Of a stretch of 64,000 bases of DNA, positions 52,366-64,000 are shown piece after piece (position 1 is the stretch's first letter; each line of letters begins with the position of its first letter). The notes under the pieces are model-generated. The model was not told the origin of the DNA, searched no databases, and saw only the letters and a program-made list of their open reading frames with translations. This DNA comes from Protoeuglena noctilucae (taxonomy: Eukaryota). Position numbers and translations under genes: made by a program. Location: NCBI GenBank assembly GCA_958009085.1, contig OY253681.1, positions 1-64,000 on the forward strand, given 5' to 3'.

Positions 52366-55300
52366 ATGAAAGCGCGCGTGCTGGTAGCGTGCTTGCCGCC
52401 CTCCGCGGGGCGTGGGACAGATCCATACGTAATATCGAGTAGCATGGGGGGCAGGAGAGGCGCTAACGCGCGCGCCTTCGGCCCAGGGACGCGAGGAGCG
52501 TGGGTCGTCACCTTATCCCCGCAGCTCCGCGAGGCAGGACCCGCGGCGGCGAGAGCGGCGTTCGGAGGACACCCTCGGGACGTATTCCGCATTCGGCGGT
52601 GACCCGGACGGCCCCGTGCCCGCGCTGTCGGCGGGGGGCGTGAGCCCGCAAGGCGTGCCCGAGGCGTGGGGCACGCCCGGCATGCGGGGCCTGGAAGCAG
52701 AGGCCCTCTCCCGGCGCTCCGTGCCGCTCGCCATGCACCGCCGCGCGCGGGGCCCGCTGGCCTCCGTCGGCGACGGCGACGGGTACGGGTCCGGGTCCGG
52801 CTCGGGCACCGGCCGCCCCGTGGCGCCCCTGGGAGGCCTGGTGCTGAGCAGCCACGGCCCCGCGCACGGCTCCGACGGGCACTCTGCGCTGCACGGCTAC
52901 TTCGCCATGGGTGAGGGCCAGGTTGCAGTGTGGAGCGAGGGCGTGAGACCCCAACCACACATCGCGACGCACCGCGTCTCGTCTTCACGCAGGCAACTTG
53001 CTGGAGATGTGGGACGAGCGCGACGTCGTCCGCGCCGTGGAGCAGCCCGAGGGTTCCGAGCCGGGTCTCTTCCGAGCAGGGTCGCCGGGGGTCTCGGACC
53101 ACGACGCTTCACGGCCGGTCCTGCGGAGGGGCGAGGTGTACAGCCAGGCGAACGCGCTGGGCGGCACCCCGCGCGCCCGCCTGCGCGACGCGTCGGCTGC
53201 GTGGGTGGCGGCGCGGGACAGCGACGGGTCCGAGGCAGTACACGGAATGGGGATGGGGATGGGGATGGGCGGCCACGAGGGCCTCGTGCGACTGACGCGG
53301 GGGGAGGAGGAAATCCTCAATGTGGCAGACAGCTGGGGTGAGAATGGGGAAGAGAGGATTTTATGAATATGGGGTTGAGGCAGTGGGCAGTGGTGGGGGT
53401 CTGGACGCATGGCCCTTCCCTTGCAAACCACTGCCTTGTGTGGCGCTTGCATGGACGCCTGCTTTGCACCCGCTGGCACCTCTGCCATCGTTCAATGCCT
53501 GCCCGCAGGCCCCGCGTCCCCTTCCGCCCCCCAGCGCCTGTTCTGGCGCCCCATGTACGGTGTGGCGTGCCCGGCTGACCTGGTCCGTCCCTCGTGGTCC
53601 ATCGCATCCGTCAAGGTCGTCCGCTCCCTCGGCAGCAACGAGGTGAAGCACTAGCAAGATGCATCCAGTCTCGTCCACTTGCTCTAAGTTACCAGCTGTC
53701 GCTGCGTGTGTGGGTGCTGACCGTGCGAACAGTGCCCGGTGTTCGTGTCTGCAGGAGCTGGGCAGCATGGTGCGGAAGGTGCGCGACCGCGCGACGGGGA
53801 TGCTGATGGCGATGAAGAGCTACGACAAGGAGACGGTGGAGCGGCAGGGGACGCGGCGGCAGGTGCTGCGGGAGGTGGCGCTGCACTCGAGCATCGACCA
53901 CCCCCACGTGGTGCGCTTCTACGTGGCATTCGAGGACGACACCCATTTTCATCTATGCACCGAGGCGAGTTACAAGATATGCATGACACCCACTATGAAT
54001 AAGATGAATGACACCCACTCCCACCTATGCACTGAGGCACTCGGCATGCAATGTGCGGCTGGCCACCCAAGGGCTGCTCTCCCTAGGTGGCTCAGTCGAC
54101 GAACTCTGCTCTGTCGTGGATCTACTAACATTCCCAGTCACTCTCCACCGCAGTACCTGGGCGAGAAGGACCTGGCCGCGGCCCTGTCTGACGCGGGCGG
54201 TCGCATGCGGGAGCGCGAGGTGGCTCACCTGGAGGCGGCCCCTTTAGTGAAGCTGCTGTCGCTGCTGCACGTGCGGGGCATCATCCACCGTGACATCAAG
54301 CCGGCGAACGTCATGATGGCGGGGGCGGACGGCACCCGCGCCACGCTCATCGACTTTGGGGCGGCCATCAACGCCGAGAGGGAGAGGCCGCGCACGGTGG
54401 GGGGCACCGTGGGGCACATGGCACCGGAGATCGCAGCGCCGGTCGACAAGTTCAGGCGAGGCATGGCACAAGGGGCGGTTGTTGTCAGGGAGCGAGAGGG
54501 GTCGTGCATTCATGTTGTGTCACGCCTCGCTCCCTTGTTTCCCCCCTGCTTTCGCCTAAGCGTGTTTGCTCTCTCCCGGACGTGCCTGTCACATGGATCT
54601 ATACAGCAACCCACCCTGGCAGGTCCATGACACTTGTGGCAACCATTCTGACCCTCCCTCGCAGGGACTCGTATGGCCCGGAAGTGGACATCTACTCCCT
54701 GGGCGTCCTCGTCTACCTCTTGCTGACGGGGTCACTGCCCCCATGGCCAGGCGCCCCGGACACCGCCACGGAAGGGTCAGGGACGACAGACGGGGTGCCA
54801 CCCCACACTCCCCGCCAAGACCGCACCCCCCGCGCGTCCCTGTCGCTCCCCGGCGTGTCGCCCCACGTGGCACGCGAGCTGGCGTCGCATGGGGTGTCGG
54901 ACCTGGCTGCCGAGTGGCTGTCGCAGTGTCTGGCGGAGAGCCCCTCGTCCCGTGCCACCCCCCTGCAGCTGGCGTGGCACCCGTGGCTGCGCCCCCTTTG
55001 TGAGGCGCATGTGCAGGCGTGCCTGCATGTCGTGGCACTGCGGGGGTCCCACTCCTCCTTCGCCATGAGCCAGGACTCGTGGAGGTCCCAGGCAAAGGAT
55101 GCCGTGACTGGACACTCCAGTCACGCGCCCCATGCGTTTGCAAGTGTCGCGGGTGCGGGTGCAGAGGCGGGGGTGCGGGGGTCGTCGTGACTGGGCCTGC
55201 AGGGTCCCGGGGTGGCGAGTGGGCCTGGCGGGGCACCTGTGAATGCTTCCTCGACTGACCGCGCCAATGCATCGGGGGCGGGGAGCATGGTGGTAGCCGC

Positions 55301-58300
55301 AGCGCATGTGAGGCCGGGGCATGCGGGGGCGACTGGGGGGGGGGGGGTGGGCAGGGGCCGCCCCGGGATGCGCAACACGGCGGGCGCGGCCGCCATGAGT
55401 CTCTACGCTTTCCGCCTCCAGCAGCTGGCCACGGACGCGGTGGTGCTGGGGGTGCGTGTGGGCAGCCGACGAGAGGTGAGTGATGGGGCAGGGTGGGCAG
55501 GGCGGAGAGAGATGGGGTGGGGACGTGGTGTGACGTGAAAGCACACAGTGTGTCTGGACGATGCTTGGACTTGCTGTGAAGTGTGGGTGAGAATAGGAGT
55601 GAATGTTTGCAGGGGTTGTCATACTTAGTTCTCACCCTGCCCCTTCCACCGCTCCCACGCAGCCCCTGTCTGCCAGTCCCTTCGACAACGGCGGCGTGTC
55701 GACGGCAGAGACGGAGAGGGCGCAGAGTCGCACCATGGCCAGGACTGGGCCACGCGGGGGGGGCGGCGGGGGACTGAGGGGCCGACTGCCCAACAGCACG
55801 CGCCTGGACCTGTCGGCTCCCTCACTCAGCGCGGCACTGGCACAGAGGTGAGGCGGGGAGTGGGGTTGGGTTAGGTGGTGGCAGTACGAGCAGGGTCGTT
55901 TTGCTGATGAGAAAATGCGACGTGCACTCGGCCAACATCCCTGTCACCCACCCTCGCACTCTCCCCCGTCACAGACAAGCATTTATCGCAGACTATCACA
56001 TAATCACTCACTCCCCTTCTCGCAGCTCCCATTCGTCCCTGGAGCACCGCATGGGCGCCACGGCCGCGTTCCCGAGCCCCCCCGCGCGCCCCTTCCCGCG
56101 CCCCTCCTCGACCATCGCCGCGGAGTCGGAGGCGGGGAGCCGGGGCAGGCGGTCGGGGGTACCGCAGGGCTCAGAGGGACGGTACTCCGCGTCTCAGTCC
56201 GAAGAGCGGGGGGTGGTGGCGGGGGCGGCGCGGGGTGGCGCGAGTGCGGGCGCGGGGCTGCGGAGGGCGTCGAGTGGGACGGGGGCTGTGGCGTGGCCGG
56301 AGGGGCCTGGCATGGGGTGGGTGGAGGTGGGAGATGCGTGGGGGTTGCCGCGCAGGGTGGGTGGTCCCTTGGATGAGGCCATGCAGGCCATCGAGGAGCA
56401 GGACGAGCGAGGAGCGGGTGAGGGGATGGATGAGAAGTGGTTGATACATGTCGGTGGTTGATTTTGATACAATTGATTGCCGGTCACATTGGCACCGTCG
56501 GTAACCTGTGGTGCGTAACACAACTGTGACGTTCCTGTCACGCCCTTCCCCCGTCGCAGGCGAGCGCACCTCCAACGCCCGTCCCTCCATGCACGCGCCC
56601 CCCCTCCCCCTCCCCGCCTCCCCGAGCGCTAAAGGCCTGCCATCACCCACCACGCCCTTGGCACGGGCAGTCACGTCTGCTGAAGAAGCCCCGGGTGCGA
56701 GAGGCAACCGGACGCTGCGGGAGGCGTCGTCGCGTGCCGTGGCGGTCGAAGTGACGGTGCCCGACACCGCCCCGCGTGCCGCGAGAGGGGCAGCCGTGGC
56801 AGTGTCGGTGGCAGCTGCGCGTGGGCAGGGCGTGAATGGCCACGCGCTGCCGGCGTCGTCTTTGTCCTTCAAGGGCGGCATGGTGATGGCGTCGCTGGGG
56901 AGCGTGGATGGGTCCGACACGGGCGCTGAGGGCGACGAAGAAGGGCTGGGGTCCACGCGGGGACAGGGCGGCACGCCTGGGCCGGACCGGCGACGCACCC
57001 GCAGCCGCTTCCTGTCGCTGGGGAGGAGGGAGCCGAGGGTGGCGGTGGGCGACGAGGGGGCGGCGCGCATGGCGCCCGTCGTCAAGGCGAGCGCATGGGC
57101 ATGGATCAGTTAGATGGTAATGAATTTATCTATCTCTGATGCCCCGTGGCTGAGGATGCCTCATCTACTCTCTTGCATACCAGTTGCGGACTCAACTCTC
57201 CCGTGCCTGCACCGCATCATCACTCGCCTCTCCTCACTCAACCCCCCGCAGATCCCCTCTCGCCGCTCCCGCGCTGTGGTGGTGGATGAGGGAGCGGCGG
57301 ACTGGTCCGCGTCGCCTCTGGCGTCCCCAGCTGAAAGGCGTGCCGTGGCTCAAGGGGCGCCTGGCCCATCCTCGCCCCCCCAGCGCGAGAGCGGGGCTCA
57401 GTCGGGGGAGGGCAGCGAGGGATTGAGCGCGCCCGGGGCAGATGCGCAGGCGGGGGCGCGGGGGGTGCGGTCACGTGCGGCGTCGCTCGCGCAGGGGACT
57501 GTGCCCGGGAGCGACAGCGCCACTCGGCGTGGGAGTGGGGGCACGGTGGGCCGGGAGGAGGAGGTGGGGAAGGGTGCGCGGCCGAGGGCGACCAAGGTGC
57601 TCTGCGATGGGGTGGCCGTGAATGTGGACGTGTGCGGGGAGGGGCGGGGGAGGCGGCCGGGCCTGGTGTCGCGGCTGAGCCGCAAGCTGCTGCTGGTGAG
57701 GGGGAGTGGGGAGGGGTGGGGTTGTCTTGGTCTTGTTGGTTGCCTTGCAGCACATCTGTACTACCAGTACTACTGCGGACATGACATGCGCTGTGTGACA
57801 CGTGTGACATGTGCTGTGCGCTGTGTGTGAAATGTAAATTTTACACTGGTAACACCCATCCCATCTTCCCCCCGCAGTTGACGACGAGTGCCGCCCCCAG
57901 TCAGCTGTCCACGCAAGTGCTGTCCACCCCGTCCGACGGGGGCAATACCCTGCGAAGGGACGACCCTAGACTGGCACATCCCGAGGCGTCGCAGCCGGCG
58001 CTGGGGGAGTCGCGGGCGCGCACCGAGGGCCGCCACGCACCGGCAGAGGCGCATGTGTCATCAACGAGGAATGTGAGGAAGGTACTGACGGACTCGGCGG
58101 CGGATGAGGGGGGCCGAGGGCGGCCGGCCGAGGGGGGGTGGCTGGCCAAGGTCGCCAGGACGCTCTCGCTGAGGAGACAGCTCAGCAACGGTGAGGGGCG
58201 AAATGCGGAGATACGCTTGCCACTCTGTGCGGTGTCCATCAGTACAGCAGGCAGCAGGAGTGTCAATACATCGTCACACGACCCCATGCCTCACCTCTGA

Positions 58301-58811
58301 AGTACCACCAGCTGCTCACCACTGCTTACTAACCACCCCCCCCTCTGCGTCCCCCATTGCAGCGGAGGCCCCTCCCCGCCGCGACAGCGACGCGCACTCG
58401 AGTCAGGGCGCAGGCAGGGCAGCACCGGCACCTGGCGCGACGTCGCTGGTGGGCACACCCGAGAAGGGACGGCCACCCCGGGCATCCCGGCGCAGTGGGA
58501 GCTCCGTGGTGCGACCCGAGTCGCCCCGGGCTAACGGCAGCGGCAGCAGCAACCACGGCGCTTGGCGGTCGGGAGAGGTGGCGGTGACGGCAGGGGTGGG
58601 GCCAGCGACACGCGCCCCCCGCCGCCTTTTCTCCCGGAGTAAGTGGGCCAGCGCGGGGCTGCAGTGGGGCCGCACCAGCCACGACAGCCAGCGCAGCCGG
58701 GGACCCTCGGAGGGAGAAGGGGCGGGGAAGGCTGGGTCTGAGGGGCGGCCGTCCGATCGCAAGGTGGCAGAGGAGGGGGCACGGGGCGTGGGGGTGCCGC
58801 TCGCTAGTTGA
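52366..58811 (+). CDS. Aurora-like Ser/Thr kinase with long low-complexity N- and C-terminal extensions (multi-exon)
   Basis: MAMKSY (VAIK lysine), QVLREVALHSSIDHPHVV, HRDIKPAN, DFG, GTVGHMAPE and YGPEVDIYSLGV. The C-terminal exons are chained by splice signals; the ends are less certain than the kinase domain (~53590-55000). Confidence 0.82.
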
Positions 58812-59570
58812 TCATTGGCATGGAGGGAGCGAGGGGGTTGTCGTTGCTCGTTTTGCTCTATGCGATGTGTGATGTGTGGGATGCATGCGATGTGTTGTCA
58901 TGGGGAGGATCATCGGTTGCGTTGTTATGCGTGGACTGTTGCCCTTGTTACTACCGTATGCTATCTGCGACTCTTTCGTAGCCGCCCTTTTGCGCCCGCG
59001 TGTCGTCGCGCGATGTCCGCCCCCATTCCCCAGTCCCCTTGCTCCCTTTCTCGACAGCGCCGTCGATCTGCCTAGCGGCGAGGGCAGCGCCGCAACACCG
59101 GGCGCCCCTCTGCCGCCGCATGCCTTTCTGTTCGCCACCCAGCCCCACGCCCCCACCGCGTGTGGAGAGTGCGAGGAGTGCCGATTAGCTGTAGATGCAG
59201 TGACGTGCCGTGAGCCTGACACCCCGTCTGACTGACACCCGGATCAGTATCGCCGATTGGGATGTAACTAGGGTGTGATGACTGGTGACGGCGCTCGTAA
59301 GCGATTGCGTAGTGATAGGTCGAATCTCGTTTTCCGATGCGCCGCTGCTACCCCGCCGCTGCGCGGCGCGTTGAAGGGTCGATGCCAATGTCACATGGCG
59401 ACGGGCTAAGGGCTAAGCAAAGGGCAAACCAGAATGGGGGGAAAGTGGCAAGCACGCCCGTTACTACATGATCATGGCCCCTTTACAAAGAGAAGCCTCG
59501 CTACATGGGACGCTGCTTCGGCACAACTTTGCTCGCGCCCTCTCGCATGCCTGTTATGTTACACTTTGCC

Positions 59571-61974
59571 TCACTTGCGCTTCCCCCGGCCGCGCTTGGA
59601 CAGGTGCTCGTCCAGAGCGCGGTTGGTCGCCCCGGCAATCGCGGCCCCCAAGTCATCCCCAAGCTCACCCCCACCGCCCTTGTTAACCCCATCGCCATCG
59701 CCGCCCTCCCTCTTGGCCCCATCCGCAGCCGCATCCGTCACCGGTGCCAGGACCACTGCCCCACCCAGGGCCGCGTGCAGCCCCGCGGCGTCCTCCCAAG
59801 GCAGCAGCCCCACTCCAGGCAGCCCGGCAGTGCTGGCGAACGCGGTTGGCTTTCCCAGGAGGGACGACCCCGGTCGCCCCTCTACCGCCCGCGCCCCCCG
59901 CGCCGCCTCCCTCCGCTTCCCCCGCCGCAGCATCGCTCGCACGAAGGCGTCCAGCACAGCGTGCCGCACCCGCACCCCCCGCAGCGCCACCACGGCCCCC
60001 ACCGCCGCCCACTCCGCCCCGGCTGACAGCGCGTCCAATCGGTCCACCCCCCACGCCTGCCACGCCCCCGCCTCGCGTCGCCAGGACTGCGCCCACGCCA
60101 CGCATCGGTCCCCCTGAGCCACGGCCCACCCCGATGCCGCCTGCACTCCCCTGTCCACCCACGTCACCACCACCCCCCGCCACCGGCGCACCGTGCCCAC
60201 CCCCCACGCCCGCACCATCCCCGGCCACTCCCGCGCGTCTCTCGGTAGCGATCGCATATGCGCGACGGCTTTCTGTGCGCGCTGCAGCCCCCACCAGGCC
60301 AGATACGCTCCCCTGCGCCCCAGGTCCCACATCATAACAGCCGGGTTACCCTCGAGCCATCCCCCAAGCACCTCCGGTGCGTCGTGATAGTCCGAGGGAA
60401 GCAGGTGATCGTCCACCGGGGCGCGGAGAGGGCGGGAGGCAGGCAACGGGGCAGCGGGGCGCGTGGCGGGGGTGACAGGTGGGGGGGGTGGGTCGGTGGG
60501 GAAGCGTGACGTCACGAATCGGTGGAGGGAGCGGGCGCGGCGGAAGTTGGAGCCGAAATCGAGGGGGAGGAGTCGGGAGGAGCTCTGCGGGAATGTGGGG
60601 GTGTGGGTGTGGGTGCGGGTGTAAGTGTGGGTGGGGGAGTAAGCGTGGGTGTGGGTAGCAGCGTGGGTGTGGTTGCACGCATGCCGGTGCTTGCAATGCA
60701 CCATGCGCAATGCATTATGTGCATTCACTACTACATCGACCTCCACATCCACATCCCCATCCACTCCTCATGCTAAGCTCCCTCGCCTGGAACTCGACGC
60801 GGCATCCGCCCTCCTGCAACGGCACGACACGCAGTGCGACGTCGGTGGGGATGCCAAGAAAGGACACGGATCGTGCAATAGCAGTGAGGGGCTCCGAGGA
60901 GGCCCCCGTGGCGAGGGTGCTGGCGGAGTCGGGGCCAGACGTGAGGATGACGGCGCCCATTCGCCAGGTCAGGAAGGGGAGCAGGGCCGAGAAGACGTCA
61001 TGGGCGGGGGCCTTGGCGACGGGGGGCCAGACGCGGCGGGCGTGGGGGTCGTAGATGACGTGGGGGCGGTCGGTGGCGAGGCGGGTGCAGCTGCGGGGGG
61101 GGTGGGAGGGGGGGAAGTTGGGGGGAGAGCAAGGGCGTCCGGGTAAAGGGGGGCGTGAGGGTGAAGATGGGTGTGAGGGTGAACGAAGGAAGGTGTGCGG
61201 GTGACGAGAGGGTGTGAGGGTGCACAAGGGCACTCACCTGAACCATCGCCCCTTGGGGCAGCGTGTGGGGAAGGGCAGGGTGCGTTTGGTGCGGGGACGG
61301 GGAGGGTCGGGGGCACGCATCCGCACGGCAATCTGTGAGAAAGGGGGCGCGGGGAGCCGTGGCGTTGCGCCGGTATGGCAACGTGCTGTCAGCTGGATCA
61401 CAGTCATAGTCACAGTTGCATTACAAGGGACCCAGCAACTCCTCACCATGATGGAGCAGATAATCAACAGCACCCATATCCACTGGGTCTGTCGGGCGAG
61501 GGGCAAGGCGCGCGCCCAGCCGAGGGCCAGGTGCAGCGCGGGCCGCACGACCCACATCACCAGGCGGAGTGCCGCGCGCGTCAGGAGGCAGGCCAGGCTC
61601 AGCGGGATGTAGAGGAAGAATTGCAGGAGACTGACGAGGACTCTGATGAGGAAGAAACGGCGCAGCGCGGCCCCCGCGGCAGACGCAACGCTGCGGTGGC
61701 GAGGGGCCAAGTGCGGTGAACGCGGGGCGAGATGCCGCGAGCCGAGCCGCGCGATGTCTGCAAAAATTATTGCACACCTGACGAGGATGGGCCAGAGAGC
61801 CTCATCGTCGCTGGCTGGCCCGTCAAAGACGGGCGACAGGCCCGGGTTGTTGTAGTGCTGCCGCGCGGGGAGGACGAGCGTGAGGAGGCCGATGGCGACG
61901 CCAACTGCGATATGAGGAAATATCGAAGATTGTGCAATGCCCGGCTTTGACGAAGAGATTCCCTGGGAGCGCAT
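59571..61974 (-). CDS. Membrane protein with DUF1499-like domain
   Basis: Hydrophobic N-terminal helices. SFLGIPTDVALRV...RVEFQ|SSSRLLPLDFGSNFRRAR resembles the DUF1499 motif F.DDV...RSxSRxGxxDxGxNxxR. Confidence 0.6.
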
Positions 61975-62717
61975 CGGGTTACAAGATGCACACGAGCATC
62001 TCGCCTGGGTGCCGCCATCTCAGCGCGCCATATGTTTGCCAGGCACCCAGCGCGACGGACAAGGGAATGAGGTAGATCGAGCACAGGCCAGACGCTTCCA
62101 TCGCGTGGGCCCGCGAGTGCACGCGCACACTCGGTTGGTCCACGATGCACGCCACTGAATCACGGCGTCTTCATAGATCTGGGCGAGTTTTTTGTACGCA
62201 TGTGTATGTCATCTAGCTCGCCCCAGCCACGCGGCTTCTCGGCAACTTTAGCCCCTTCCTTTGCCCTGAATTGGCGTCAGTGGCACCGGCTTTGCTCAGA
62301 TAACCGCTGAAAGTGGCCGTTCCCGACAGCAAATCCTGCATCGAGACCTATTCAATCCATCACAGAGAGTTGTCCTCTCTACTCCCCACGATAGCGGTCG
62401 AGATCCGGGACCCTAAGTCACGGGTTCCCGGCCCAAAGCGTGCCCCGCCGGGGCAGGCTCGCGTGCCTCAAGTGCGCGGATCAGAACATGGAGCAGTCAA
62501 TCAAAGACCAGGTCGAGTCGCTGGTGAGTTTTCGGCTTAGGGGAGGAAGGAATTCGCGAGCGCACACGAGTGCCGTGGGTACGCGTCTCGCACGCGACGC
62601 CTGTTGACCGGGAGTCTAAGACGCCCTCGCGAAAACATTTATGTTGATACACACATCCCATTCAGTGCTAGTATCTTTCACATCACTCCGTCACTCGACC
62701 CGGGACCTGCTTACGCG

Positions 62718-64000
62718 ATGTCGCTCGCCTCTCCCAGCGGAAGCGGACGCCCCCCGCCGCCCGCGCAGGACCGCGTGCTCACGCGCCTGGCCGTGACGTC
62801 GGATGATGCGCTGGAGACGGTGGTCGGCCGGCTGCTCCCGCTCCTGCTGCCGCAGCTGGCGGTCGAGGCCCCGCCCGTCCGCAACAAGGTGCGACCGCGA
62901 AAGAGAGAATCGAATGGAACAGTTCTCTCTGTTGTATCAATACCAATATTGTGACACATCTCGCGCGACCATTTTTGTTCCCCGCAGATCATGGAGATCC
63001 TGGCCCACGCCAACAAGCGCATCAAGAGCCGCCCCTCCATGCCCCTTCCCCTGCGCGCCCTCGCCGACCTCTACGCCCGCCACGCCCCGGGGGACTCCTC
63101 GAGCGCCGAGTGCCACCCCATGGTGCGCAACTTCGCTCTGATTTACCTGGAGATGGCCATGGAGAGGGCGAATGCCGAGGAGCGACTGGACGTGCTGCCC
63201 ACCGTCGTCAGGGTGAGTGAGGGACGAAAGGGGCTGGGTGGATAGAAGAGTGGAGTGATAATAGAGGAAGCATGACGTGGCAAAGTGGAGCGTGGGAACT
63301 GCTCGAGATCATCCCCTTGTGTTCCTGACCGTACCCACACCTCTCACCTCCACTTTACAGTAACCCCGCACCCCCACAGCTCATCCCCCGCCTGTCTCGC
63401 AGAACGTGTCTTGCGCGTCGTCTCAGCAGCGCGACCTGGCCCTGCGCCTGGCCATGCGGGCGCTGCAGGGACTGGCGGGGGCGTCAGCGCACCCCGACGA
63501 GCGATTGCAAGAGCGGTTCGGCCTTCGCTTGGCTAATACCGATATTGGGATCACTGGCTCGTGCTGGCTGCCCACGCATGCGCCTGCCCGTGACCTGCGC
63601 GCGCTGTTGGCGCGGGGGCGCGTGCTGCTGCTGTACCAGCCACCCTCGATTGACACCGCCGCTGTTGCTGCCGAGGAGCGTGGGAGTGCGCAAGATGCGG
63701 CGCCGGTGTCGATTGGCCCGTCGGCGTCTGCGGGGGATGTGGCCAGGGCGGTGCGGGTGGCGAGGGAGGTTATGCGGGCGCTGGAGGAGGCAGCGCCACG
63801 TGAGTGTGTAGGGGTGGGGTGTGGGGTTGCACTGGAGATGTGTTGATAGCATTTCCTTTAATGCTCATATCATGGGATTGTTTGTATTGCTGCCTTGGTT
63901 GCCTGCCGCACCCCCGCACTCGCACCCATCACCCACCTGCCCCTCCCCCCCAGGCACTACCAACTGGCCCCCCCCCGGCCTGTCTTTGAATGAGGCCGAC
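62718..64000 (+). CDS. ECM29: Proteasome adapter/scaffold ECM29, 5' part (runs off the window)
   Basis: DRVLTRLAVTSDDALETVVGRLLP, VRNK|IMEILAHANKRIKSRPSMPLP, MVRNFALIYLEMAMER, LLYQP and PPPGLS. Confidence 0.9.

Noticed and set aside
55188..55190. In-frame TGA followed by CTG in the kinase tail, suggesting readthrough or selenocysteine
   Set aside because: It lies in a gtgac...ctgcag branch/acceptor context. A phase-0 GC-AG intron (~55092-55202) removes it, and no SECIS was recognised.
59400..59425. Telomere-like gggctaagggctaag
   Set aside because: Two imperfect units only; expected by chance.

Overview
Left end of a chromosome from a very GC-rich, intron-dense eukaryote. It is most likely a flagellated green alga; this is inferred from gene content, not proven. 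A (CCCTAA)n telomere is followed by about 2 kb of a degenerate ~755-bp triplicated subtelomeric unit. After that come about 16 tightly packed spliced genes: PIBF1/CEP90, a ~3,865-aa secreted and probably GPI-anchored protein built from roughly 30 two-cysteine beta-rich repeats, mitochondrial 2Fe-2S ferredoxin, TRM6, an Aha1-N protein, a SWIM+RING protein, a MOLO-1/TPM membrane protein, a MUT-7/EXD3-like exonuclease, a small putative beta-barrel protein, a multi-TM class III nucleotide cyclase, GH37 trehalase, a frameshifted and nearly intronless F-box+ankyrin gene, a divergent kinesin spanning a 200-N gap, an Aurora-like kinase, a DUF1499 protein and the 5' part of ECM29. The most notable observations are the giant repeat surface protein, more than 20 GC-AG intron donors, exon ends copied into adjacent non-coding DNA, a kinesin lacking switch I, and the F-box-ANK gene. 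All gene models were spliced by eye and family calls come from recalled motifs; no searches were run.
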